DNA of 64,000 bases from an uncultured Bacteroidales bacterium (GTDB lineage: Bacteria > Bacteroidota > Bacteroidia > Bacteroidales > CAYVNP01), in the NCBI GenBank assembly GCA_964452905.1, contig CAYVNP010000015.1, forward strand, positions 785-64,784, read 5' to 3'. The notes under the pieces are model-generated. The model had not been told where the DNA came from. It did no database searches and worked only from the letters and a program-made list of their open reading frames with translations. The position numbers were made by a program, and so were the translations under genes. Positions 1 through 9,114 of the stretch are shown piece after piece; positions within the stretch are counted from its first letter, which is position 1, and each line of letters begins with the position of its first letter.

Positions 1-1245
1 TCCGCTTTATATTTAGCTTCTAAATCAGCTTTTAATTTTGCCTCTAATTCTGCTTTCCGTTTGGCTTCGGCCTCAGCTTTTATTCGTGCTTCTTCGGCAG
101 CTTTCCGTTTGGCTTCGGTTTCGGCTCTAATACGAGCATCTTCTTCAGCTTTATGTTTTGCATCAAGATCAGCTTTTAATTTGGCTTCTAATTCGGCTTT
201 CCGTTTGGCTTCTGCTTCTGCTTTTAATCTTGTTTCTTCTTCTGCTTTCCGTTTGGCTTCTGTTTCAGCTTTTAATCTGGCTTCTTCTTCTGCTTTACGC
301 TTTGCTTCTATTTCTGCTTTATGTTTAGCTTCAGCATCGGCTTTCAGCCTGGCTTCTTCAGCTGCTTTTTGTTTAGCTTCTGATTCGGCTTTTATTCTTG
401 CTTCTTCTTCTGCTTTCCGTTTGGCTTCAACTTCAGCTCTTAATCTGGCTTCATCAGCTGCTTTTTGTTTAGCTTCTGATTCAGCTTTTATTCTTGCTTC
501 TTCTTCTGCTTTACGCTTTGCTTCGGCTTCGGCTTTTAATCGTGCATCTTCATCTGCTTTTTTCTTTGCTTCTATTTCTGATTTCCGTTTGGCTTCGGCT
601 TCAGCTTTTAATCTAGTTTCTTCATCTGCTTTACGCTTTGCTTCGGCTTCAGCTTTTTTATTAGCTTCTATTTCTGCTTTTCGTTTGGCTTCGGCATCGG
701 CTTTCAGTTTAGCTTCCTCTTCTGCTTTGCGCTTTGCTTCGGCTTCGGCTTTTAAACGCGCTTCTTCATCCGCTTTACGCTTTGCTTCGATCTCTGCTTT
801 TCGTTTTGCATCGGCATCGGCTTTCAATCTGGCTTCCTCTTCCGCTTTGCGCTTTGCTTCAGCTTCAGCTTTCAATCGTGCTTCTTCATCTGCTTTTTTC
901 TTTGCTTCTATTTCTGCTTTCCGTTTGGCTTCGGCTTCGGCTTTCAGTTTAGCTTCCTCTTCTGCTTTCCGTTTGGCTTCGGCTTCAGCTTTCAATTTGG
1001 CTTCCAATTCTGTCTTCTTTTCAGCTTCCAATTCTGCTTTTCGTTTGGCTTCTGCTTCGGCTTTTAATCTGGCTTCTTCTGCAGCTTTTCGCTTAGCTTC
1101 GGCTTCTGCTTTTAATTTGGCTTCCAATTCTGCTTTCCTTTTGGCATCGGCTTCAGCTTTTAATCTGGCTTCTTCTGCAGCTTTTTGTTTGGCTTCGGCT
1201 TCGGCTTTTAATTTTGCCTCTAATTCTGCTTTACGTTTTGCTTCA
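1..1245 (-). repeat. Degenerate 24-nt (8-aa) intragenic tandem repeat, about 50 units, consensus A-E-x-E-A-[KR]-x-K
   Basis: Minus-strand reading gives AEEEARIK AESEAKQK AAEEARLK ADAEAKHK AEIEAKRK AEEEARLK AETEAKRK...; on the plus strand gcttc/gcttt recur with 24-nt periodicity. Confidence 0.9.
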
Positions 1246-1823
1246 GCTCGTTGACGAGCCAGTTCTGCAGCTTTTTTAACAGCTTCTTCATCTGATTTTT
1301 TTCTTGCGGCTTCAGCTGCTTTCGAAGTATCCAGCCCTGCCATCTTTTTTAATTTAGTAGCTGTATAATCTTTTGTTTCATAAAAATCATTCATTACTTT
1401 ATCATACTTATACACCCCAACAGGATTGGTAAAACTAAATGAAACATAATTCTCATCCTGCTCCAACAAATCAACTTTAAAGTCTCGAACTGCAAATCCT
1501 TTATTCCATCTTTCATCGGAAATATTTTTGGTAATAAAAGCAATTGACTTAGTAACATAACCTTTCTTTGAAAATGTAAAATAATATTCAGCATCACGAT
1601 CCAATTGAATTTCAACTTTCTCATCACCGTTAACTGTTTTAAAAATAACACCGTTTTTTAATATTTCTATTTTTGAATTATCATAATTCCCTTTAACCAC
1701 AATCATTCTACCGATGATTTTAAGTCCAGGCTCTTGAGAAAAAACAAAATTCGAAATAAACACGAAAAATAATAAAACTACTAAACTATTTGGTTTGCCC
1801 ATTTTTGAAATAATAAAATTCAT
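1..1823 (-). CDS. Exported protein with N-terminal beta-rich domain and very long Ala/Glu/Lys/Arg 8-aa repeat helix (TolA-like); 3' end runs off the window
   Basis: Not in the ORF track because there is no stop in the window. Read by hand from ATG at 1823: MNFIISKMGKPNSLVVLLFFVFISNFVFSQEPGLKIIGRMIVVKGNYDNSKIEI...YYFTFSKKGYVTKSIAFITK...MAGLDTSKAAEAARKK, then repeats such as AEEEARLK/AEAEAKRK, open to position 3. Paralogue of 2011..2988. Alternative start at 1802. Confidence 0.85.
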   Translation of the reverse strand, partial: MNFIISKMGKPNSLVVLLFFVFISNFVFSQEPGLKIIGRMIVVKGNYDNSKIEILKNGVIFKTVNGDEKVEIQLDRDAEYYFTFSKKGYVTKSIAFITKNISDERWNKGFAVRDFKVDLLEQDENYVSFSFTNPVGVYKYDKVMNDFYETKDYTATKLKKMAGLDTSKAAEAARKKSDEEAVKKAAELARQRAEAKRKAELEAKLKAEAEAKQKAAEEARLKAEADAKRKAELEAKLKAEAEAKRKAAEEARLKAEAEAKRKAELEAEKKTELEAKLKAEAEAKRKAEEEAKLKAEAEAKRKAEIEAKKKADEEARLKAEAEAKRKAEEEARLKADADAKRKAEIEAKRKADEEARLKAEAEAKRKAEEEAKLKADAEAKRKAEIEANKKAEAEAKRKADEETRLKAEAEAKRKSEIEAKKKADEDARLKAEAEAKRKAEEEARIKAESEAKQKAADEARLRAEVEAKRKAEEEARIKAESEAKQKAAEEARLKADAEAKHKAEIEAKRKAEEEARLKAETEAKRKAEEETRLKAEAEAKRKAELEAKLKADLDAKHKAEEDARIRAETEAKRKAAEEARIKAEAEAKRKAELEAKLKADLEAKYKA

Positions 1824-2010
1824 ATAACAAAAATATTAAATTAATTCATAAAATCTCTATGCTCTAATACTTTTATTTTAAAGTATTATCAACAAAAAAT
1901 GAAAAAGATCAATCTATTTGAAATATTTATGAATTAAATAAAAACTGATTAAATTGAAAATACAAAAAATGTTGTTTCTTCAGAAGTTTTCAATAAACAA
2001 AAAAAATTAA

Positions 2011-2988
2011 TCAATGCACTCGATTCATCAATCCCTTTTGTTCTTTTAGTTTGGTTTTATACTCTTTGCGGTTCTTTTCCAACATTTGATTGGCATTTTC
2101 AATTGAATCTTCTTTTTCTTTATTTATTTTGTCTAATTCCGCTTGCTTCTTTTTAGCATCCCTTTCTTCCTTAAGTCTGGAATCTTCCTCATCTTTTGCC
2201 TTTTTTTGTGCATCAAGTTCAGCTTTATGTTTAATGTCTGCTTCGTTTTTCAGTCGAGCTTCTTCGACCGCTTTACGTTTAGCTTCAGTTTCTTTCTTTA
2301 ATTGTATCTCATCATCGGCTCTTTTTTTAGCATCCATTTCAGCTTTTCGCTTGGCTTCTTCAGCAGCTTTTTTACTAGCATCTTCATCTGCTTTGCGTTT
2401 GGCATCAGCATCAGCTTTTATCCGTGCGTCTTCAACTGCTTTCCGCTTTGCTTCAGCTTTTTTTAATATTTCTGCATCAAATTTTTTTCTGGCATTTTCA
2501 GCTTTTTGAGATGTATCAAGACCAGCCATTCTTTTTAACCTTGTTGTCGAATAATCTTTTGATTCATAAAAATCATTCATGACTCGGTCATACGTATAAA
2601 CACCAACAGGATGATTAAAACTGAGAATGACATCATTTGCTTCTTGTTTATTTAATTCGACTTTAAAATCACGTACAGCAAAACCTTGTTTCCACCTTTC
2701 CTCAGGAATATTTTTAGTAATAAATGCTATAGACTTAGATACATATTCCGTTTTAACAAATGTAAAATAATATTCAGCATCCTTTTCGAGTTTCATTTCA
2801 ATTTTTTCATTTCCATTGGCAGTTCGGATCAATTCACCATTTTTACGAATTTCTATTTTTGAATCATCATAATTCCCTTTTACAATTACCATTTTACCTA
2901 TAATACGAATACCAGCTTCCTGTGCAAATACAGTAGATGAAAAAATAATTAATCCTAAGTTAAAAAAAATTTTAATAAAATATTTCAT
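2011..2988 (-). CDS. Exported protein, paralogue of 1..1823 with a shorter charged helical repeat (TolA-like)
   Basis: The ORF track starts at 3018, but ATG 2988 (MKYFIKIFFNLGLIIFSSTVFA/QE) gives a typical signal peptide followed by Gln. The N-domain is near-identical in motif to the downstream gene (IIGKMVIVKGNYDDSKIEI, GFAVRDFKV, MAGLDTS). Confidence 0.85.
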   Translation of the reverse strand: MKYFIKIFFNLGLIIFSSTVFAQEAGIRIIGKMVIVKGNYDDSKIEIRKNGELIRTANGNEKIEMKLEKDAEYYFTFVKTEYVSKSIAFITKNIPEERWKQGFAVRDFKVELNKQEANDVILSFNHPVGVYTYDRVMNDFYESKDYSTTRLKRMAGLDTSQKAENARKKFDAEILKKAEAKRKAVEDARIKADADAKRKADEDASKKAAEEAKRKAEMDAKKRADDEIQLKKETEAKRKAVEEARLKNEADIKHKAELDAQKKAKDEEDSRLKEERDAKKKQAELDKINKEKEDSIENANQMLEKNRKEYKTKLKEQKGLMNRVH

Positions 2989-3149
2989 ATCAAATGGAAG
3001 ATTAATATCACATTTCAAATATATTAATAATTACAGTTATTCTTCAATTTTTTAACTAATTTTTATCTTATAATTGATAAAAACAGTTAACAGTTAATTA
3101 AATCTTAAAACTTTTTTTCAATAATCATACCAATTTCAAGGTTCTAAAT

Positions 3150-3157
3150 TATTTTTG
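3150..3157 (+). promoter_or_regulatory. Bacteroidetes -7 promoter box (TAnnTTTG) for gcvP
   Basis: TATTTTTG ending 22 nt upstream of the gcvP ATG. Confidence 0.5.
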
Positions 3158-3179
3158 CAAAAATCTTAAAAAATAAACC

Positions 3180-6029
3180 ATGAATTTTATTGAACGACAT
3201 ATCGGTATTCATCAAGATCAGAAAGAAATCTTATTAAATAAAATCGGTGTTTCAAATCTTGATGAATTAATTAATCAAACCATACCATCCTCTATTCGAT
3301 TACCCCACTCATTAAAACTTAATGATGCTTTAAATGAAAAAGAATATTTGGATCATATTAAAAACATTGCTGATCAAAATAAACTTTTCAAATCCTATAT
3401 CGGGTTAGGGTATTACAATACTATTATTCCAAGTGTTATTTTACGAAATGTATTTGAAAATCCCGGTTGGTACACTGCTTATACTCCTTATCAGGCAGAA
3501 ATTTCCCAAGGGAGACTGGAAGCATTACTGAATTTTCAAACAATGGTCTGTGATCTGACCGGAATGGAAATTGCCAATGCGTCTTTACTGGATGAAGCTA
3601 CAGCCGCTGCTGAAGCTATGTTGTTATTATTTAATGCTCGTTCAAAGGAATCAGTCAAAAATAATGCAAATACATTTCTGGTTTCCAAAACACTATTTCC
3701 TCAAACCATTGATGTACTTAGAACCAGAGCAAATCCACTTGGAATAGAACTAATTATTGATGATTATAAAAATTTCACTTTTGATAAAACTATTTTTGGA
3801 GCTATCGTTCAGTATCCTGATCAATATGGACAGATCAATGATTACAATGAATTAGTTACTACAGCACATTCGCTTGACAGTAAGATAGCTGTTGCAGCTG
3901 ATATTTTAAGTCTTACACTCCTTACCCCCCCCGGTGAATGGGGTGCCGATGTTGTGTTCGGCTCAACCCAACGTTTAGGAATACCGATGGGTTTCGGTGG
4001 ACCTCATGCCGCTTACTTTGCTACCCGTGAAATTTATAAACGAACGATGCCAGGCAGAATCATCGGTGTATCAGTTGATGCAAAAGGGAACAGAGCTTTA
4101 CGCATGGCGCTGCAAACCAGAGAACAACACATCAAACGCGAAAAAGCAACTTCAAATATTTGTACAGCTCAGGCATTGCTGGCAATCATGGCCGGTTTCT
4201 ACGCTGCTTATCACGGTGAAAATGGAATAAAACAAATTGCAAAAAAAATACATTCAATAGCTATTTTCCTCTCAGATGAACTGACCAAAATTGGTTTTCA
4301 ACAAGTTAATTCTTCATTTTTTGATACAATAAAAATCAAACTGCCTGATAGTATTCAATCCCATGACATAAAAAAAATTGCTGAGAACAAAAAAATAAAT
4401 TTCAGATATACAGATGAAAAAACGATTGGAATCAGCATTGATGAAACAACCGATTTATTTGATATAAATACCATTATTTCTGTTTTCACTGAAGTTAAAA
4501 ATATTCCTTCTACGCCTATTACTGCGGTTTCGGATAAAAAAAATTTACCCGACCATTTAGAACGAAAATCCCGTTTTTTATCTCATCCTGTATTCAATAT
4601 GTATCATACGGAAACAGAAATGATGAGATATATCAAAAAGCTTGAAAACAAAGACCTTGCATTGAACAGAACAATGATCCCACTCGGTTCATGCACCATG
4701 AAACTAAATGCAGCGAGTGAAATGATACCGTTAAGTATGCCTGAATTCAATGCCATCCATCCGTTTGTTCCAAAGGAACAAGTTAAAGGTTATCTCACAC
4801 TGATTAATGAGCTCGAAAAAGATTTATGTGCCATCACCGGATTTGATGCATTTACATTTCAGCCCAATTCAGGTGCTGCGGGCGAATATACAGGTTTAAT
4901 GCTCATTCGCGCCTATCATCATAGCCGCAATGATTTTCACAGAAATATTATTTTGATTCCTTCTTCAGCACACGGTACGAACCCTGCCACTACCGCCATT
5001 GCTGGTGGTGAACTGGTGATTATTAAATGCGATAAAAAAGGAAATGTTGATGTAAATGATCTAAAAGAAAAGGCATTACTCCACAAAGACCGACTCTCTG
5101 GCTTAATGATCACCTACCCTTCAACCCATGGCGTTTTTGAAGAAGACATTCTCGAGATTACTGAAACAATCCATACATTTGGCGGTCAAGTATATATGGA
5201 CGGAGCAAATATGAATGCACAAGTTGGGCTGACCAATCCTGCCATCGTTGGTGCGGATGTATGCCACCTAAACCTTCATAAAACATTTGCCATCCCTCAC
5301 GGTGGTGGCGGTCCGGGCATGGGACCAGTCGGTGTGAAAAAACATCTTGCTCCATTCCTTCCTAAACATCCTGTGGTTACAACAGGTGGAAATAAGGGCA
5401 TGACGGCTGTTTCATCAGCACCATTCGGAAGTGCATTGATATTATTGATCTCATACGGATATATTAAAATGTGCGGGGGAAAAGGTTTAACAGATGCTAC
5501 TCGATATGCCATTCTCAATGCCAATTATCTTAAATCCGCACTTGAAGAATATTATCCCATCCTTTTTACAGGAACTAAAAACAGAGTGGCACACGAAATG
5601 ATCCTTGATTGCAATAAATTCAGTCAAACCGCAGGTATTACCGCAGTGGATATTGCTAAACGACTGATGGATTATGGTTTTCATGCTCCAACAGTTGCCT
5701 TCCCTGTAGCAGGAACATTGATGGTAGAACCCACCGAAAGCGAACCACTCGCTGAACTTGATCGTTTTATTGAGGCAATGATTTCAATTAAAAAAGAAAT
5801 TGATGAAATTACCGAAGGAAAAGCAGATACAAAAAATAATGTGCTGAAAAATGCTCCACATACGGCTGTCATGGTTACAGACGATAATTGGAATTATCCT
5901 TATTCAAGACAAAAAGCAGCTTATCCGACAGCTAATCTATTACAAGATAAATACTGGACACCGGTTACACGTATTGACGATGCTTATGGTGACAGAAATC
6001 TTTTCTGCACTTGCGAAATGCCTTCTTAA
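3180..6029 (+). CDS. gcvP: Glycine dehydrogenase (aminomethyl-transferring), glycine cleavage P protein
   Basis: 949 aa; motifs YTAYTPYQAEISQGRLE, REKATSNICTAQALLA, PLGSCTMKLN and PLP lysine motif HLNLHKTF. Confidence 0.98.
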   Translation: MNFIERHIGIHQDQKEILLNKIGVSNLDELINQTIPSSIRLPHSLKLNDALNEKEYLDHIKNIADQNKLFKSYIGLGYYNTIIPSVILRNVFENPGWYTAYTPYQAEISQGRLEALLNFQTMVCDLTGMEIANASLLDEATAAAEAMLLLFNARSKESVKNNANTFLVSKTLFPQTIDVLRTRANPLGIELIIDDYKNFTFDKTIFGAIVQYPDQYGQINDYNELVTTAHSLDSKIAVAADILSLTLLTPPGEWGADVVFGSTQRLGIPMGFGGPHAAYFATREIYKRTMPGRIIGVSVDAKGNRALRMALQTREQHIKREKATSNICTAQALLAIMAGFYAAYHGENGIKQIAKKIHSIAIFLSDELTKIGFQQVNSSFFDTIKIKLPDSIQSHDIKKIAENKKINFRYTDEKTIGISIDETTDLFDINTIISVFTEVKNIPSTPITAVSDKKNLPDHLERKSRFLSHPVFNMYHTETEMMRYIKKLENKDLALNRTMIPLGSCTMKLNAASEMIPLSMPEFNAIHPFVPKEQVKGYLTLINELEKDLCAITGFDAFTFQPNSGAAGEYTGLMLIRAYHHSRNDFHRNIILIPSSAHGTNPATTAIAGGELVIIKCDKKGNVDVNDLKEKALLHKDRLSGLMITYPSTHGVFEEDILEITETIHTFGGQVYMDGANMNAQVGLTNPAIVGADVCHLNLHKTFAIPHGGGGPGMGPVGVKKHLAPFLPKHPVVTTGGNKGMTAVSSAPFGSALILLISYGYIKMCGGKGLTDATRYAILNANYLKSALEEYYPILFTGTKNRVAHEMILDCNKFSQTAGITAVDIAKRLMDYGFHAPTVAFPVAGTLMVEPTESEPLAELDRFIEAMISIKKEIDEITEGKADTKNNVLKNAPHTAVMVTDDNWNYPYSRQKAAYPTANLLQDKYWTPVTRIDDAYGDRNLFCTCEMPS

Positions 6030-6275
6030 TTTAAAATTTTAATTATCACTTATAATAACGAATCTCTATTCCCTGCATATTTAGGTTTTACTTCATGAAC
6101 CTAAAATGAGTTGTGTTTGTTGTATTATTTAGTTCGACGATTAATAAATTTTTTATGTATTCCTCTATTGATAGCTAGTAAACCTCTTTAAATTCAACAA
6201 TCTTACTAAATTTTTCATATTTATTTTTTTTATTATATTGCTTGAAAAATTATTTATCATCAATCTTTTTTATTT

Positions 6276-7676
6276 ATGAAAAAAATTATTTTTATTATTT
6301 GGTGCGTTTTTTCGGGCTTTTATGCAAACTCACAAACTGAAAAATTCGAATACACTGATGAAGGATATGAATACCCTGCCGAATTAAATAATCTTAAAAA
6401 TCCTTGTATTACTCAATATCAATATGAAATTCTTGAATCACAAAATATTCATAATTGTAAATTACTTGGGATGCCATACAAAAAAAGTACAAAAGGGCAA
6501 AAAACAACTTTTATTTGGCCTCTCAGAACTGCTAATGGTTTAAATGATTGCAGTTATTATTATATAGGTAACTATCTTGACCATGATACAACCAGTCCTG
6601 GTATTTTAGATTGGAATTGTGGTTCTGTTACCTATGACGGACATCATGGCACTGACATTTGCATATTTCCTTATCCGTTCTATAAAATGGATAATAATCT
6701 GGTTGAAGTAATTGCCGCTGCAACAGGAATAATAATTAATAAAGTTGATGGTCATTATGATAGAAATTGCATCAAGGGAGATTCCATTGCTAATTATATG
6801 GTCATTCAACATTCAGATGGATCATGTGCATTATACTGGCATATGAAAAAAAATTCTCTCACATCTAAACAAGTGGGAGATACGATCTATGCTGGTGAAT
6901 ATCTTGGTATAGTTGGTAGTTCAGGAAAATCTACCGGACCCCATCTCCATTTTGAAGTATTAAAAACAACCAATCTTAATTCCTTAAATGATTTATATGC
7001 TGGTTCTTGTAATAAATTGAATGACAGTTCATGGTGGGTTGCACAAAAACCTTATCAGGAACCTGCAATCATTCAAACGTCTGTTCATCCTTCCCAAGCT
7101 GTATTTTCAACATGTCCATCTGCTGAAATTCCAAACGAAGACAGTTGTTTTACTGCAGGAAGTACAGGTTATTTTTACACATTTTACAGAAACGAGATGG
7201 CAGGAACAACAACAAATTTGCAGATACTAAATCCTGATGGTTCAATTTTTACAAATTGGACCCGAAACAATACAATAACTCACATATGTTCCTACTGGAT
7301 TTCAACAAGGACTTTACCGATGAATGCTGGGATTTACACATTTGAGGCAATTTACAATGGTGATACCTGTCGAAAAAAATTTGAAATTAATTGTATGATC
7401 ACTGACATAACTACTAAAAAAATGTCTGAAACAAAAACAATTGTTAGCCCAAATCCCTTTTCATCTGAGGCAAAATTAAAAATATCTGCAAGTGAACTTA
7501 TTTCAAATGCAACTTTGTTAATATATGATTTGCTTGGTCATGAAGTGAAAAATATTTCAGAGATAAATTCAAATGAACTAATTATCAAAAAGGATAATCT
7601 TAAGGCAGGAGTATATTTTTATAAAATAATAAACAACTTAAATTTAATAGCTGTTGGGAAATTAATAATTGAATAA
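6276..7676 (+). CDS. M23 family metallopeptidase with T9SS type A C-terminal sorting domain
   Basis: Signal peptide; Zn motifs HHGTD and STGPHLHFEV; C-terminal VSPNPF...LKAGVYFYKI...GKLIIE. Confidence 0.85.
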   Translation: MKKIIFIIWCVFSGFYANSQTEKFEYTDEGYEYPAELNNLKNPCITQYQYEILESQNIHNCKLLGMPYKKSTKGQKTTFIWPLRTANGLNDCSYYYIGNYLDHDTTSPGILDWNCGSVTYDGHHGTDICIFPYPFYKMDNNLVEVIAAATGIIINKVDGHYDRNCIKGDSIANYMVIQHSDGSCALYWHMKKNSLTSKQVGDTIYAGEYLGIVGSSGKSTGPHLHFEVLKTTNLNSLNDLYAGSCNKLNDSSWWVAQKPYQEPAIIQTSVHPSQAVFSTCPSAEIPNEDSCFTAGSTGYFYTFYRNEMAGTTTNLQILNPDGSIFTNWTRNNTITHICSYWISTRTLPMNAGIYTFEAIYNGDTCRKKFEINCMITDITTKKMSETKTIVSPNPFSSEAKLKISASELISNATLLIYDLLGHEVKNISEINSNELIIKKDNLKAGVYFYKIINNLNLIAVGKLIIE

Positions 7677-7719
7677 TGTTAGAATTGTTCTAAAAATATA
7701 TAACAAATTACTCAAATTT

Positions 7720-8370
7720 TTATTGGTTAAAAACAAACTGAATCAGGTTTGCTCCCATTTTCAATGCCTTTTGCCGTGTGGCATCTGAATCCTTATGAAC
7801 ATCAGCATCTTCCCAACCATCACCCAGATCGCATTCATACGAATAAAATAAAACCAATCGTCCTTGATAGATAATACCAAAACTCTGAGGCGGTTTACCA
7901 TCATGTTCGTGTGTTTTAGGTAACCCATTCGGAAAGTTAAATTTCTGATGATAAATAGGTGTATTAAAAGGTAATTCAACTAATTCCAATTCGGGAAAAA
8001 TCTTTTTTATCTGAGGACGAATGTATTGATCCAACCCATAATTATCATCAATATGGAGGAATCCACCGCCAATCAAGTAGTTCCGAAGATTCTGCACTTC
8101 CTGTGCTGAAAAAATCACATTGCCATGACCGGTCATATGCACAAAAGGATAATTAAATATTTCAGGACTGCCTGCTTCAACTGTAGCATTTTCCGGATTA
8201 ATATTTGTTCCGAGTTCTTTGTTGCAAAATTTTATCAGATTAGGCAATGAGGTAGGATTAGCGTACCAGTCGCCTCCACCATTGTATTTCAACAATGCAA
8301 TGGTAATAGTTGGGGAACTTCCGCCTATAAAGATTAAGCTCAGTAATATGACCGGAATTATTTTTTTCAT
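7720..8370 (-). CDS. DUF4159 domain-containing protein
   Basis: LKYNGGGDWYANPTSLPNL, HMTGHGN, GGFLHIDDNYG, DLGDGWED are typical of this Bacteroidetes family; adjacent to rsmE. Confidence 0.85.
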   Translation of the reverse strand: MKKIIPVILLSLIFIGGSSPTITIALLKYNGGGDWYANPTSLPNLIKFCNKELGTNINPENATVEAGSPEIFNYPFVHMTGHGNVIFSAQEVQNLRNYLIGGGFLHIDDNYGLDQYIRPQIKKIFPELELVELPFNTPIYHQKFNFPNGLPKTHEHDGKPPQSFGIIYQGRLVLFYSYECDLGDGWEDADVHKDSDATRQKALKMGANLIQFVFNQ

Positions 8371-8371
8371 T

Positions 8372-9073
8372 TTACAGATTCAATAAATTAATTGTATGAC
8401 AAGCGGCCAGGGCAGCAGTTTCTGTACGCAAACGGTTAAGCCCTAAACTAACCGGAACAAAACCATGTTGAATAGCCTGACTGATCTCATCTTTGCTAAA
8501 ATCTCCTTCCGGACCTATTAATATGATAACATCTTTCCCTTGCTGATAAATATTTTTCAACGAACTGGTTGTATCTGTTTCGCACCAACAAATATATTTT
8601 TCAGAAAAGCTAAATTGTGAAACAAATTCAGTAAACTTTGCCGGATCATTCAGAACAGGTAAATATGTTTGTAATGATTGTTTCATGGCAGATATGCAAA
8701 TCTTAGACATTCGTTCAGCTTTAAAATATGTTTTTTCTGAATGTTCACAAATCAATGGTGTGAACTCATCAATACCGATTTCAGTGGCTTTTTCAATGAA
8801 CCATTCCATCCTGTTTAGATTTTTTGTCGGAGCAACGGCAAGATGTATTTTATATTTTCGCTTACGAAACTCATCCGTGATGTTCAACACTTTGACTTTA
8901 CATGCTTTCATGTTGTCATCTATAATTTCAGCTTCATATAATCTACCTTTTCCATCAGTAAGAAAAACTATGTCATTCAATGAAAGCCGTAAGACCCTGA
9001 TACAATGCTTTGATTCTTCGGCATCGAAAATATAATTATCTGAAGTAATATCGGGTGTATAAAATAAATGCAC
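8372..9073 (-). CDS. rsmE: 16S rRNA (uracil1498-N3)-methyltransferase RsmE
   Basis: HCIRVLR, EKATEIG, LIGPEGDFS, RLRTETA; likely start GTG at 9073 (MHLFYTPDI). Confidence 0.95.
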   Translation of the reverse strand: MHLFYTPDITSDNYIFDAEESKHCIRVLRLSLNDIVFLTDGKGRLYEAEIIDDNMKACKVKVLNITDEFRKRKYKIHLAVAPTKNLNRMEWFIEKATEIGIDEFTPLICEHSEKTYFKAERMSKICISAMKQSLQTYLPVLNDPAKFTEFVSQFSFSEKYICWCETDTTSSLKNIYQQGKDVIILIGPEGDFSKDEISQAIQHGFVPVSLGLNRLRTETAALAACHTINLLNL

Positions 9074-9114
9074 AAAAAAATGATTTGAAATAATAAACAA
9101 AAATAATCTTAATT

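Noticed and set aside
1-1245. Periodic repeat as a possible CRISPR array
   Set aside because: Units are degenerate, codon-phased 24-mers with no unique spacers, and no cas genes are present.
61-1254. 397-aa plus-strand ORF rich in Ala/Ser/Phe (also 2090..2509)
   Set aside because: Antisense shadow of the E/K/A repeat gene; the stop-free frame is a by-product of the repeat's codon composition.
1394-1651. 85-aa minus-strand ORF
   Set aside because: Alternative frame inside the real 1..1823 gene.
3019-3179. Glycine riboswitch upstream of gcvP
   Set aside because: The region is short and almost all A/T, with no GGAGA/CAGG aptamer cores.
6080-6105. TTTAGGTT/AACCTAAA hairpin after gcvP
   Set aside because: Weak AT-rich stem without a U-tract; cannot be called a terminator with confidence.
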